This document shows positions 49,901 to 58,000 of a stretch of 64,000 bases of DNA, in pieces. The position numbers were made by a program, and so were the translations under genes. Source of the DNA: a virus; IMG/VR virus record IMGVR_UViG_3300025767_001290, positions 9,285 to 73,284 of that record, one strand, 5' to 3'. How positions within the stretch are numbered: the stretch's first letter is position 1; each line of letters opens with the position of its first letter. Under the pieces are notes generated by a model. That model made no database searches, was not told the origin of the DNA, and saw nothing but the letters and a program-made list of their open reading frames with translations.

Positions 49901-51044
49901 ACTTTATAGGTGAAACATCACCTTGGAATTTTAGTTTCATTCCATTTGACAATACTACTCCGTTTGCACTAGTATAATGTTTTTTACCTAAAATATCAGC
50001 ACCGATGTCAAGTATAGTATTTTCTTCAATATCATATAATTTTATAAGACCGCTAGTGTCGACTGAATTTTTACTAATATAATAAAGATTATTAGGAGCA
50101 TTTATAGGGATAGTAAACTCAATAACACCCTTTTCGATATATGCAACTGCTACACTCTCACCAGCTTCGCCAAGTTTAACAATACCATCCGGGTATAATG
50201 TTGAAACATTATTGTCTGCGTCAAATGATACACTTCCGCTATCTGGTAATACTATAAATTCTCCTACATCATACGACGAGTTATTACTGTCATACAAAGT
50301 GGCGTCAAATAGTCCATTATCTCTTAATCCAGCTGAACCGGCAGTTATAATAGACGATCCAGGAGTAAATGTTCTACTAATAGAAATTGCCATTGGATGA
50401 CCAGGCGTATCAATTTCAAAACGATACGTTTGTCCGCGATATAATTTTAATGATGGATTTCTAGTAAGTCCATCATTAAACACATATGCCATGTTATCAC
50501 CCTGATCTTCGAGTGTTACTGTATATGTACTAGTTACCGATTTACTTTGTCCTCGGACATTAACACTTAGTGGCCCGGTTGGTGCCCAATAATATTCACG
50601 AAAGTTTGTAAATTTATCCCAATCAATATTTGGGTTCCACGGGTAATAGTCGCTGCTGTTAAGTCTGCTTTCGTTAGCTGTATTAGCTCCAAGAAATCCT
50701 AACATACCAATATAGTCATTGTAGTCTTTATAAAAGGTTACATTATCTAAGTTATCTTTAATAACAGCAGCTGGTTCTAATTGGTAATTTTCTCGGTTTG
50801 CAGAAACATCACTTATATAGTTGTCTCCAGTTTTATAAGCCTTTGCTGTTTTACGACCAACATATCCGTTAATTTTTTCAGCTTCGCCGGGCTGTATTAA
50901 TTGATCTATAGTTCCTTGTAAAAACTTTTTATTTGCTTCAGTGCGAAAGAATTTTGGAATTAAATCACTTGCAGATCTACTACTATTATTGTTGTTACCA
51001 GCACTTGGTAATGACTTATCATTTTGATTATTATTAGTTGCCAT
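34995..51044 (-). CDS. Giant baseplate wedge (gp7-like) structural protein, 5349 aa
   Basis: 16-kb ORF immediately downstream of the gp6-like gene; DLIPKFFRT N-terminus; GxGY..AP repeats; FG-GAP-like and CBM5/12-like repeats; (G/A)DG(S/T)T repeats; LRRGTLGT. Confidence 0.75.
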   Translation of the reverse strand: MATNNNQNDKSLPSAGNNNNSSRSASDLIPKFFRTEANKKFLQGTIDQLIQPGEAEKINGYVGRKTAKAYKTGDNYISDVSANRENYQLEPAAVIKDNLDNVTFYKDYNDYIGMLGFLGANTANESRLNSSDYYPWNPNIDWDKFTNFREYYWAPTGPLSVNVRGQSKSVTSTYTVTLEDQGDNMAYVFNDGLTRNPSLKLYRGQTYRFEIDTPGHPMAISISRTFTPGSSIITAGSAGLRDNGLFDATLYDSNNSSYDVGEFIVLPDSGSVSFDADNNVSTLYPDGIVKLGEAGESVAVAYIEKGVIEFTIPINAPNNLYYISKNSVDTSGLIKLYDIEENTILDIGADILGKKHYTSANGVVLSNGMKLKFQGDVSPIKYAQDQWYVEGVGDKIVLINEKDLIIPATYSENVLVPFDADQFDSLPFANASAYAAEKDYIVINRATPDRNAWSRYNRWHHKDVLVKSYEYNNLDVNIDETGRAKRPIIEFEAGLKLFNFGVEAKADIDLIDFFTADAFSTIEGELGYNVDGINLASGMRILFAADTDVRVNGKIYEVKFSTINNVRQISLIETVDTDPVDLETIFVKQGNKYGGKTLHYHYNKWTLSQEKTKVNQPPLFDLCCPQGNAYGDLDVFNSSTFKGTKIFSYKEGDGTNDIELGFPLSYKKIENSGDIVFEFNLLSDTFSIQDNDVVVNITTDTANLRKYKNKTSFIYVNGWSSTPVASKQYVVKQYTATDNVTNNFEIDVFDKAGNLTDLQVIVLVNNNLQFRLTDYEIDKINETALVRFYNDINIDDVVTIKAYSKSSKNNNGYYELPINLERNPLNQDIAEFTLGEVIDHVDSMVGEIPNFNGVFPGPGNLRDLGDLDKFGKRFVKHKSPLNLSLYHLLNTKYNLTKALDYANTEYSKFKRVFLETAESLGFDGETKQHVDLILKTINKDKIKTQPFYFSDMVAHGPSNKITYTVLDSRIKTYALTTPFNLTKLSSNAVSVYLNSSQLSYNLDYTFDADGYVVIDTDQKVNDIIDIYEYTSTDGTFIAPTPTKLGIYPKFAPELTIDDTYQTDQPSTTGPYKVYGEVETGFTKAGTRGWFYPVYTTLETANAADIANGGTGTSNTYLFKGLNVVLYMPTTGTSVGTVDNVEYDAYPTGIPFIKGHDGSYIRAYLDFRDELLLDLEKRIFNNIKVNYDNNTINIDKFVGGDFRTNEFTKTEVDRSLLSNFTQWLSYVDNDYTDNYFYDRLNPFTFNYSSSVNTSGTPLPGFWRGVYKRAFDTDRPHSHPWEMQGFKIKPSWWNTVYGPAPYTRDNLILWTDIQEGKIAEPNNIRYTLDYARPGLLGFIPVDSTGKLKHPQTSGYVKQFILRQSTGNFSFGDEAPVETAWRRSSNYPFAIIKSLMLNKPSSTIGEAFDVSRITTNLAGQQVYSTTSKFLTLDNIVFPNTVTDTARVNTSGFVNYIYNLVASDVLTIYQDYQNELKAINNQLGFKLGGFSDKQKINLILDSRSPQQLLSDGGIYIPQENYQVFLNKSSPQSVAVYSGIIIEKTAGGFVVRGYNNQNPFFEYYSPITSSKTVPVTVGGISETTSEWKPSTIYYKDVIIENNNTYYRVTKTFTSANTFSTDNLAKLPELPIVGGKTALFKRNFDKTTIKLLPYGSTLKTSQDMVDFLLGYGQQLNDLGFDFNFVELDGTVNNWDQSAREFLFWTTQGWATGTVITISPAANKFNFSKEYFVVDDINDPFYTYSILQANGEPLTSEFNSLLRDKNSFGIETVNTEEGLYSAALPLVQREHVVLIDNKTVFNDIVFEPSSGYRQERIKVSGYRAANWSGGLNIPGFVYDDAKVVDWAKWKDFGIGSLVKYKQFYYVATENIPGTTNFETAKWFKLNEKPEPELITNFDYRTNQFTDFYSLDTQGFDTELQKMAKHFTGFQKRQYLANIIPDDVSQYKFYQGFIQDKGTKNALSKMFSALGSVGKDTLEFYEEWALQVGRFGATNDIQQIELNLKQDKVQESPQAIELVTSLPLSNFDKHYRILEHEVYDKPLDYNHAPFPTKEVKNEVIKTGGFVREEDVSFVASSSNELPLGNVNLLGLGDYIWVTELGETPWNVYQHISLETSVTVLENKNQRSDITGDPLVELTVNRWAGGLVKPLDIIGIRAAEEFNLEGLYVVESVTLNKITIRLSTDTTPNSFIGKDFLLTKLRSVRVATLEEANTLAQNKLYPGQRFWVENYNNDWTVLENKTAYSRNQTIVNNDIFTGELQEFSESMAVTSDNRNFFVSSANNINGKVNYYRRTNESSELAIDQEIVPPDNVFSWKPNTIFYKGDKVVYDLDSSRTYYTTSITHTSAAEFDDIEVSTYWTAIDSPITLYDPADSDFGKSIDISPDGEYLVIGIPGASNVKTKFKGNFDTTTTYTKSEIVKYKESLWKTNREILPAIAAETFTSFDSYINISEQLDSDSTSLTLLVAGDPGLPNNVVDHFLVRAPKDMYNGTLGNVGEISGDAVSLYWNKRSFAYPTLDTYLPFDNLIPKISSTFLSTEHTIQQKIDHIFFIETYVTLPVKGEIVQTDTGSAEVYYVSTFRDSAVVYLINTNGVFSILGKLFNDRDDFVGFYSEADTYNTSETVSGYWLFKTYQIGQDPEPQATEVTSGSTFTYSNNSKYYDVGRGLVYSDIRKRADIVQQELINAYSNIQDTISSIGNYVTKKNQASFINHLSYTGDNGGTELAIPSSKYVIRTAKEYSDVIHPRFLANGPSSDTPTKINIKYFDNEEFDISPSGFTASLITGNDVVIQDMWDGYIDFDFTEFDFEGNVFEPEVGDILVDVQIPRDGQGGLARTSTITSAAEVMFYQRNFNKVRVYVNVLTQAQFEEKEPTDRLDITVGGTFEQLTNIGKFEIRRLSRSSTDPDQDIGTILDVNNDIVLGTNLIGKLIVVDTGTTFSDSLTWDNVIPVTDQEYYFFNEDIITGISRAANPPYTTNKDYSQVYNILADKTGIAGSLNQGAVSIYRKDFNGVYQYQSTLVSEYAAQDKKFGSKVKITQTGNDYTLMISNKPTGAARDEDLEWRQNPGAIEIYKHGAPANSAFKGLHKLNTIYDIGDVVIWKDEYYIARKVTSATQNNISDTIYWTNISWKRAKDENFRGTFDNTISYRLGDIVDYSSILYAATTNVPKGAAVPSSLNTSWELVDGKIDYLGLLPNLTLDTYYNELSYDPATNISQFAENFDLSDDAQVLVVTTKLELSDSSYQKQLAIYRLSDKKYVLSQVIDAPESSFELQDHDNDKFEKDNDGNIVYRDGAGNIATAFTGTRTLNPNATPDVWIDKNRWADTVVLNPEGNKIAVSVPLDDTTSVDQGAVWVYNYNSTTEKFGTVNGVDDNNIIITVPNTVINSPNNEQVEKFGYSVAFGKDGLVISSQNGDQRIPTRFDTYTKLLEVQPQTGVEVYGVNVELIDGVSLGDIKLDVDGNPIPVYSKYVLDTSSTERTETTFDNKFTSFKNIKVDKGTIYVYEDIQDTLIYSEQLLFKDAQINFGKNLLINDNHIYTGIPNFVSGNYRGIVLDYRKIKNKKSWNSLRSSVTPVDISKIGGVFLYNKRTNQIVSYIDYIDPVQGKIAGVADKEITFKTPQDPASYNVGPLDDITVSPAMHWGEAHVGQVWWNINNARFSNVYQGSTTFQSNSWNSLLPGASIDIYEWVESDYLPSQWNQLADTDNGVPLGISGTSLYGDTKYSAKLSYDDISQTFNTKYYFWVENKLTIPTDKNRTINCINIRNLIQSPRENGYRYISFISKDKLVLNNFNNLITSDDLVLNIRYSTGPNNSQNEHAQYQLMSDNLATSKPNYDIERKWFDSLIGFDSNNRIVPDPKIPVAKRQGIQNRPRQGMFVNRVEALKQTIERVNSVLLNTLIVDEYNINSLSLKDEMPTVISNKYDLKINTYEELEFISTNKLTPAVLTPVVVNGRVVRVTITNPGRGYKVAPSYQFESTGSGAVLDITINNLGQVNNVEVLAQGNDYTETTILNVRKFTVLVESDSASFNKWALYEWNTTSTSWFRAAVQNYNVSNYWNYVDWYDIGYNQFTEVNYTVNNSYELSTIDDIIGNTVKINNVGAGGWLLLEKESSQNTEDYTINYKTVGRQNGTIQFNDSLYDYAKNTTGYDNNSFDSAFYDNNPVKELRIILKALRDDIFIGALELEYNQLFFAALRYILSEQPSVDWMFKTSFISATHKLGNLSQDTTFKYSNLADFESYVNEVKPYSTNIREFIDSYQSLENTSSSVADFDLAPYYNNVTGTITPSVATVDSNRVVGADDNTTAYPRKHWLDNLGYKITGIKMSDLGSGYTFVPTVRFEGGGGTGATATAVLAYGKVTKIIVTNSGTGYVSAPTVIIEGPQNEIFTTAKATAILGNGLVRNPHIRVKFDRLSGQYVYENIAKQTVHTGTGDSTTFNLPYPMDLNNSTIQVLVDNVEQLRSKYTYANVEDNTSTYTREKGRIIFAKPPKLNAVIEIKYQLPLSMLSAEDRILHSYNPNSTMYSKDLTQLMTGIDYGGVEVRSFDFQGVTGWDSKGWFVDQWDQFDNTYEDQVFTADGSTIAVQLTTPLENGVVYNLYKNNVRIDDPNFSLGTATNVNAITNSITGDGTTDIIYVQDLGISIVDGDIFVVRKSTSDGSVIPDPTGYDTALSGGDLLYTTASGTAAEDIITDGDGFISEAAMAGPEELVPGQIFDTLDIKVYTRDSDGQGKINSQSYHIDTSVTTYDLGITPSNIDSVIVKINNTVLSRESGNYTIDWENGTVTIDSTINSFDTGKILSIVTVSQAGQNILDYGEYNADGSTTSFETRVRFQTDLDIFVSVNGVKQTVTFNKSEITGNVVFTFSTAPEEGNLVYYSLFDSNIQVNYSQMKKDRFIGNGTAVNFVLPSAPFYNKPTQHNLIVKVGNTILSPGYNIQYTIPPSGQREFALETFQQPQGSLLTEDIKVFLNGEELLTPISWRFDIANSSVVLTDDVGKAGDIVEIYAITDGQYTLSSENTVTLNTAPSGFTPVEIFQFSNHDLLGIERINYDVVSRVTLQLENADYTTYNRLSVGEIRLRKPAIDAKYAWVVKNGELLTPDTDYVLTNNNTTVQLATVPEQLDLIDVIHFTAEVSTSKFAYRQFKDILNRTHYKRLDASVTTLEEPLNYYDLRITVKDSNLLSEPNKGQNLPGIIFINGERIEYFVKEGNLLRQLRRGTLGTGVKEVHAAESKVFDQNIGKTIPYIDNNIIQDITADGTTSLFDVSSATGSINELEVFVGGVRMRKNSINSFLPVFEQDSPAGDYENPADVIFNVQTQQIDLKQVPVEGTRVTIIKKQGKIWNEGTNSLGESENSIARFLRAGTSELPE

Positions 51045-54000
51045 TAGTAACTATAGCCTCCGCCTGATGAATTTGTCGTTGTTGTTGCACTTGTTATTCC
51101 TGTTGTTACAGAACTTACGCTAGTAATAACATCGCCTGAGGCTTGTAATTCAGTAGCTGTAATTTCATCTATAATTTCAATATCAGTGACTTGAGCAGCA
51201 CTTATAAAAATTTCGTCTAATTCAGATTTTATTTCAAATAAACTTCCAAAAGATTGTGAACCTTGTCGAGGAACAATGATCATACTAACTAGCTTAGGAG
51301 TTAGCGCATTCATTATAAACGCACTTAGTTCTTGGAAGTAGAAAGTTTCACCAAAGTCCCAGTTATCGATTGCAAAAAATCTGTTAATTGCGTTAATTAT
51401 ATCAGCTTTTAATTCATTTTCATTAACTACTAGATCTTTATTTCTTACAATTTTAAATTTTACTTGCAGATCTGATCGAGCTTTACTTCCAAATAGTATC
51501 TTATACTTAACTGGATGATAAATTATTTCATCACTAATTGACTTAACTGCGTTGATGTCTGCACTATAGGCTCTAAATAGTTGATCGTTACTAGCCGGTA
51601 GCGGCTTGATTGACGTTGCGTTAGCTACATACTTACGCATATCGATATCATAATTTTTAGTTAACAAATACGTATCTATAATATTACTAGCACTTGGATC
51701 AATTCTATAATTTGAATCTGCTACATGCACATAATGAAATTTTAAGTTAGCTCTACCAGTATACGCTTTATAATTAGAATTTAAAGTTGTATTTCCTAGT
51801 GCCTTGTTGAGTGTTTTAAATACCTGTTCTTCTAAAAGATAAAACACATCACCTTCAGTATGTAAACTATAAGCGCCTATTGCAGATTCATTTTGTCTAA
51901 TTTTAATTTCGTTATCAGTATTTGCAAAGTATTTAAAATCTTGTACGCCATCTGATGTAGTATATCGCTTTTGAAATACTATCTTATCAGAATATTCAAC
52001 GTTAGAGTTATTAGGGTCAACTAATACATCAAATAAATCTAAATCGTCTACTACGCCGTCGTCGTCTAGATCAAAAAATTGTACTTGTAGTTTTCTCGTA
52101 TCTACATATCCTTCGCCGTCTCTATATGCATCACTAATGCTCCATGTAAAGTCTTTAGAATACGATATTGTATCTGCAGGAATAGTATTAATGCTTAATA
52201 CGTCAATTTTATCACGTACTATTTTTCCAATTGAAGGGTCGTAAATTTTGTTAGCACTATCAAAGAAAAATCTAATTTCATCTTCGCTTTCAAAAATATA
52301 GCGTTGATTCCTGTTTGTTATTGTATATTTTTCGCCGTTTGTTTTAAACCATAATAACCAGCTTGCATCTAAATTTTCGCCGGTTGTGTCGCCGGTTTTT
52401 CCTAAAGAAAACTTGTTTACTGTATTAATATTTTCAGCAAGAATTAATTTCCACTCGCGGCTTTCAGTATCATATTGTAATGCAAAATCTTTATACGCAA
52501 ACGATTGGTCAATGATTTGTATTTTTAGATCATCTGATAGTGTGTTTGATATCTTAGGTTTAACTTCTACTAATAAGCTTCCTTCATTTATTACATCAGT
52601 TAATATAACATCACCAATATTAGTAGGTCCAACAGTATCACCTTCGTTTGTAGTACTTACTACACTAGTCCACCTATATATTGAGGCGCCTTTTTTATTA
52701 GCATTAGTAGTAACAGTACCGTCTGGCAAATAGTACTGTTGCACTTGTAGTGAATTTTTAGGAGCAGTAAATTTAAGCATTGTTCCAGCTTCTACAAATC
52801 TTAAATTATTTGACGTAAACGGTCCAACCTTAGACGTATCTGTTGTATCAGCTTGTGCAGTAAACACTCCTGAATTTTTGTTTGTTTCTTGATAATAATT
52901 TTTCCATACTAAGCTCAAGTCACTTGTTAATATTTTTGGAAATTCACTGAAGTAAAAATTTCTAAGAGAAGTAGAAGATATAATACCGTTTATTATATTG
53001 TAAATAACTCCTTCGATGTCGCTTTGTGTTGCAAATTTAAAGTCAGTTTTTGTCTCAAATGTTTCTTTATAAATTACACCATCATTAGCAAAAAGACTAG
53101 TATTTGAATACTTTCCACTAGCATCTTTTAGGTCAAAATATCTACTGATACCACTTGAAATCCTGTTTGTACTTTTTGTTTTAATAATATCTTGGCTAAT
53201 TGCTAATGGTCCAATATTATAATCTTCACCTGTAATTAATCTGTTTTGTGTATAATATGTTGTTGGGGCATTTTGCTTGATGCTTGCATTTGACTCTGTC
53301 GGGGCGCCGTTTGAAACTGTGTAGTTTAATCTTAATCCCAACGTTAATTTTTCTATTGTTCCGGTTCTACCTTGGTAAGGTATCTCAATATTAACGTTGC
53401 CTATTGAATTAGGAGAAACGACCATACTACTATTAGCACTAGTTCTATAATATACCTTAAAGTTTCCAGCAGGTAAATTACCAAATACGCCGTCACTAAA
53501 CACTAAGTTTATTCTATCTCCAATTCGAGTAACAACAGAAAATATATTTCGTATGCCTTCAAATAAACTATTATAGATTATATTATTGCCCTCAACAGTT
53601 GCAATTTTAGTCCACTGTGTTGTTTCAAACCCATTAGTATCAACATTATAAAGCCATACATCGTCATTGTTAATATTTTCAGAATCTACTGCAATTATTT
53701 GATTAGGTATAGGATTTGAAACACTAAACGGTCCTGACTCTAGCTTCCCTTGGCGGAAGTGCATAAAGAATCCTGTGTTATTACTGCCGGCGCCTTGTCC
53801 GTCATCTCTAAACAAAAATGCAGGACTTGTTCCAGGAAGGGGAGCTTCTTCTACAATTTTAGTACCTTGGATATCTGTGCTTACTACTTCAAATCGTGTA
53901 CTAACTCCTTCGATATTCTTTGAAAAAGGAAAAACTGCACTTCCGGTGTTAGTAGCGTTAAGTCTATATTTTTGTGTTTGTACGCCGTCAATATCTTGAC

Positions 54001-54526
54001 TCTTTAAAGGATTACCTATCGAATTTTGTACAGGAAGTGCAGCATTAAGAACTTTAATAAATTGTTCAAAGTAGTTTGTATTAGTTTGGTCATTCCACTT
54101 AATAACTCTACCGGCAAGTTTTGCATTAGTACTATCTGTAATATTTTCAGTTGTTTTAACTGTTATAAGTTTTAGTAATCCGTTTGTTGCTTGATTACGT
54201 TTTGGGTTGTACGAAAGCATACGTGCTAGACGTAATACACTTTCTCTGCGCTCTGCTGTTTCAAGGAAGTTTTCACGAGCGTTTAGATCAATACGGAATG
54301 ATAAGTTTTGCCCAAGGAAAGCAATCATATCAATCAGCGCAAGGTATTCACTTGATTCAATGTAATCGTTAAAATCTTCTGGATAGTTTTGACGCAAATA
54401 GTTAATCATTGTGCGTCTTAGATTATCAAAATCGTAGCTTTGGAAATCTGCGTTTCTAAAGCTTTGGTAAATTCTTTTCCAGTCTTCAGTTACTAATAAC
54501 CTTGACTGCCTGTCAGATGTAGACAT
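51044..54526 (-). CDS. gp6: Baseplate wedge subunit, T4 gp6-like
   Basis: DFDNLR...FNDYIESS...LID...ENFLETAERRESVLRLARMLSYNP, FSDGVFGNLP, ESNASIKQNAP...QNRLITGEDY. Confidence 0.88.
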   Translation of the reverse strand: MSTSDRQSRLLVTEDWKRIYQSFRNADFQSYDFDNLRRTMINYLRQNYPEDFNDYIESSEYLALIDMIAFLGQNLSFRIDLNARENFLETAERRESVLRLARMLSYNPKRNQATNGLLKLITVKTTENITDSTNAKLAGRVIKWNDQTNTNYFEQFIKVLNAALPVQNSIGNPLKSQDIDGVQTQKYRLNATNTGSAVFPFSKNIEGVSTRFEVVSTDIQGTKIVEEAPLPGTSPAFLFRDDGQGAGSNNTGFFMHFRQGKLESGPFSVSNPIPNQIIAVDSENINNDDVWLYNVDTNGFETTQWTKIATVEGNNIIYNSLFEGIRNIFSVVTRIGDRINLVFSDGVFGNLPAGNFKVYYRTSANSSMVVSPNSIGNVNIEIPYQGRTGTIEKLTLGLRLNYTVSNGAPTESNASIKQNAPTTYYTQNRLITGEDYNIGPLAISQDIIKTKSTNRISSGISRYFDLKDASGKYSNTSLFANDGVIYKETFETKTDFKFATQSDIEGVIYNIINGIISSTSLRNFYFSEFPKILTSDLSLVWKNYYQETNKNSGVFTAQADTTDTSKVGPFTSNNLRFVEAGTMLKFTAPKNSLQVQQYYLPDGTVTTNANKKGASIYRWTSVVSTTNEGDTVGPTNIGDVILTDVINEGSLLVEVKPKISNTLSDDLKIQIIDQSFAYKDFALQYDTESREWKLILAENINTVNKFSLGKTGDTTGENLDASWLLWFKTNGEKYTITNRNQRYIFESEDEIRFFFDSANKIYDPSIGKIVRDKIDVLSINTIPADTISYSKDFTWSISDAYRDGEGYVDTRKLQVQFFDLDDDGVVDDLDLFDVLVDPNNSNVEYSDKIVFQKRYTTSDGVQDFKYFANTDNEIKIRQNESAIGAYSLHTEGDVFYLLEEQVFKTLNKALGNTTLNSNYKAYTGRANLKFHYVHVADSNYRIDPSASNIIDTYLLTKNYDIDMRKYVANATSIKPLPASNDQLFRAYSADINAVKSISDEIIYHPVKYKILFGSKARSDLQVKFKIVRNKDLVVNENELKADIINAINRFFAIDNWDFGETFYFQELSAFIMNALTPKLVSMIIVPRQGSQSFGSLFEIKSELDEIFISAAQVTDIEIIDEITATELQASGDVITSVSSVTTGITSATTTTNSSGGGYSY

Positions 54527-54552
54527 ATTTGCATTCCTTGTTTACTTAAATG

Positions 54553-54560
54553 TATTTATC
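54553..54560 (-). promoter_or_regulatory. Late promoter box GATAAATA
   Basis: Upstream of an AAGGA SD and ATG 54526; a second TAAATA lies at 54578-54583. Confidence 0.6.
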
Positions 54561-54584
54561 TGATTTAAAAAAGTGCGTATTTAA

Positions 54585-55022
54585 TTATAGTAGGCCATTT
54601 TTTTGATCAAATGTAAATTTAATTTGCTCAGAAATATTATAACGAATGTAAGAAACTGTGCAATCAATACTTATTCCTTGTTCATAAGTATCAACAACTA
54701 TACTATCTGCTTGGATTCTAGAATCATAGTTTACAATAGTAGTAACGTTTTCAACAATTGCTTCTTGTATTGCAGGAGTAAATGGCTCAAATAACAGGTC
54801 CCATATTATGCATCCAAATGTAGGGTCACTTAATTTTTCACCTTGTCGTATATGGAAGTGATTGATTAAATCTTGTTTAATGAGCTCAAGATCATACAAA
54901 GAAAATCCATTATTTACAGAGGTATTAGTACTAAACCCTCTGTAAGCTCGACTTGCTGGTGGTGTGCTAGCTATTGCCGGAATTGTAACACGTTTGTAAA
55001 GATTTTTTTCTAATTCGCTCAT
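54585..55022 (-). CDS. gp25: Baseplate wedge subunit, gp25-like
   Basis: DLELIKQDLINHF..RQGEK..DPTFGC.IWDLLFEP...YDSRI; a TAAATA box at 55027-55032 lies 4 nt before the ATG. Confidence 0.88.
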   Translation of the reverse strand: MSELEKNLYKRVTIPAIASTPPASRAYRGFSTNTSVNNGFSLYDLELIKQDLINHFHIRQGEKLSDPTFGCIIWDLLFEPFTPAIQEAIVENVTTIVNYDSRIQADSIVVDTYEQGISIDCTVSYIRYNISEQIKFTFDQKNGLL

Positions 55023-55034
55023 ACTATATTTACC

Positions 55035-58000
55035 CTATTCTACGTTGTTGTCTGTGCCATCACTATTTTGTGGTCCAGGGTTATTCGCTTCGTTGTCTGT
55101 AATTTCTGGATCATTTAAGTCATTGCCTAATTCTTCATCAACAATCGGAGTTTCCGTTTCATTAAAGTTTGAAGGACCTTTTGGTATTTTTCCGTTTCTG
55201 TCAAATCTAAATGAACCGCCTTCACTAGTATGAGCACTGAAGTGCATAGCATCATCAAGTGATCGCCATGCTCCGCCCCAACCAAGACCGTGTTTGTTTG
55301 CAATTTGTAAAGTATTTGATGGCATATCTGTCATCGGAGCATTTGCTGGACGAGGTTTGTAAAATCCATTAGGAAAAGTATTAAACACAGGGTTAGGCCA
55401 GTTAAGGTCAATAGCAGCACCACTAGCATGACAACTCCAACTACTGCTACCTACTGCCTGACGTTTGGCATATCCGCCAAGTGCTTTAATTTCATAAACT
55501 TGTTCAAATTCATCTAAGAAGGCTTGGAAATTAGCAGCAAATACTTCTGCAACTTGAGTACTTAATCCTGCTTTTCTAGCATAAATTGTAACTAATTTTC
55601 CTTCAGGACCAGATGAGTCAAAAGTTGCATCACTTTGTCCAGCGTTATTTGGGCCAGTACTGCCAGAGTCGTTATTTACAGGACCGTCGCCGGTGCCACC
55701 ATCAAAATCATCACTAGAGCCGCCGCTGCCAACAATAACTCTACTACTTGTACTAGCTGCTTTATTTTTATTAAAGATATCTGGAGTTTCTATACGATCC
55801 GAAGGTGTTAGTGTTCCAGGAACTTCTCTATCAGTTTGTTCTTTCTTAAATGCCGCTGGATTCATATTTTCATGATGCATGTACGGTTCGTGCGTAGGTG
55901 CTCTAGTTAATATACTGTCATAAGGTACAGGCTGCAATGCTCCAGGGAACATATAAGGTAATGTAATAGTAGGTAACGGTTCTATAGGTGTTGCATCAGT
56001 TGCATTAATTGTCTTCGTTGCCGATGTTGCTGTAAGTGCAATAATTGGAATATTAGCTGCGTCGATATTCGAAGATGCAGCAGATGCTGCTGGTGCAGCA
56101 GGTCCATTAAGGTTAATATCGCCACCGCTTATTATTGTATTTGTGGCACCAATACTGAAATCACCGCCTGCGGTATTTTTAAATGCTGTTCCAGACAAAT
56201 TATTAATTTCTGATGCTGCGTCTACAAATATCGACGCATCTGACTTTGTGTTAATATTTGCGGCTGCTATATTATTAATTGTTGCAGCGGATATAACAGA
56301 ATAATCATCTGCAGACTGATGTCGAATATTAGCATCAGATATTAGATGCACTTCTCCAGTTACACTTGCATGACTGTGTCCTTCTACTACAGTTTCCATA
56401 TTTCCTTTAACGAAAATTTTAAGGTCGCCGCCACAGCCCGAAGAATGTATATTAATTCCTGATCCTTTTATATAATGTGTGCCTGCGACTAATTGTACCG
56501 TGCCGGTACCGGTGCCTGGCTTATTTGCCATTATAAAACATGTGCCAATTTTGTTATCTGGAGAACCGTAGGCTGTAAAATCTGTAGTACCCACAGAAAC
56601 AATTACATACTTGACTCCATTGCGTATGTCTGGATCTGTTATAGCAAGTACTTTCGTTGAACCTGATAAATCACTTATATCACTTCCTGATTCTCGGTAC
56701 CACGAATGTTCACTTTTTTCATGTACTGAATTGTCTGCTTTCATATAGTAACTTTTTTTAGCATGTAGATTATAGTCGTCGCCGACTGTAGTTTTCATAC
56801 CTTGTGTAATAGACGTATCTGAAGTACCCTTTACTGTTAATTTATAATCTTTTCCTGCATATAATCTTGTATCAAATGTACTTTCGATATGCACACGGCC
56901 ACTTGGCTTATCGTCAAATACTGCTTGGCCATCACTCCAACGTGCAGATGCTTTCATATTAATATTTCGACCCGCTTCAATATTAAAGTCTCTTTCAGCT
57001 GTAAAATTAATATCGTTTTCTGTCATTACACTAATGCTATCTTGTGCATGTATATCAATTTTACCGTCACTTGTTAATTCTATCCAAGCTGTGCCACGAG
57101 AGTTAGAAATATAAATTAAATCTTCACTATTATGTAAAAGTATTTGATGCCCAGTACGTGTCCTAAATCGCATAAGCTCGTTATGGGGAATAGTTTCGTC
57201 ACCGCCTTCTTCGCCACTAAGCTTATTAACATATAGCGGCGGACCATCTTCTGCATGAGTTTTTCTAATAAATTTATCATTACCGTCGTCCATAACGACC
57301 GAGCTGCCGCCGAGTCTGTTATACGGAACATTTGCTTTTTTTCCGGCAGCACCAATATCAACTCTAGGAGCGCCTGCTCTCTTATCTAATGGTCCAGGAG
57401 TGTTAATACCAAAAGTAGAACTAGGTATTTCACGTCGAGCACTGGTAGTTGTTGTTCCCCTAACTTCGTCATACAGTAGTCCTTGAACTTCTAGTATATT
57501 TGTAAAATCTTTATTATATGGTTTGTTAAAAAGAGTTGGATCAATCAGAGTACCGTCTTCAATTTTTTTATTATACTCACCAACTGGTAGTTTTGCTCCT
57601 TTTAAATTCTGAGGAGTAACTTCTGTTGTGCGCTGGGTACTTGCCCTGCCATCTGGGACCATAAAGTTCATATAGTCATCTGGTATACATCCAATCCAGT
57701 AACCAAAGTTTGCATTGCCTTCGGCAAATATTACAAGAACTCTAGATCCTACATCAGGCGGTACCATCCACATACCGTAACTCTTTTGTGTATTCTCGTA
57801 TCCGTCATTTGCTGTAAGTCCAGCAGTTGGTGTTACACCGTAAAATGGTGACAAATAACGCACATTCATTAACTGTCCGCTACGTTCTGGTGTGCCTCCT
57901 GCTCCGGTATATCGGATTATTTCAACTTCTAATCCACCCATATATTTGGTGTCTAAATGGTTAACGATAATAGCTTCGTACGGGCCGCTATCATATACTT

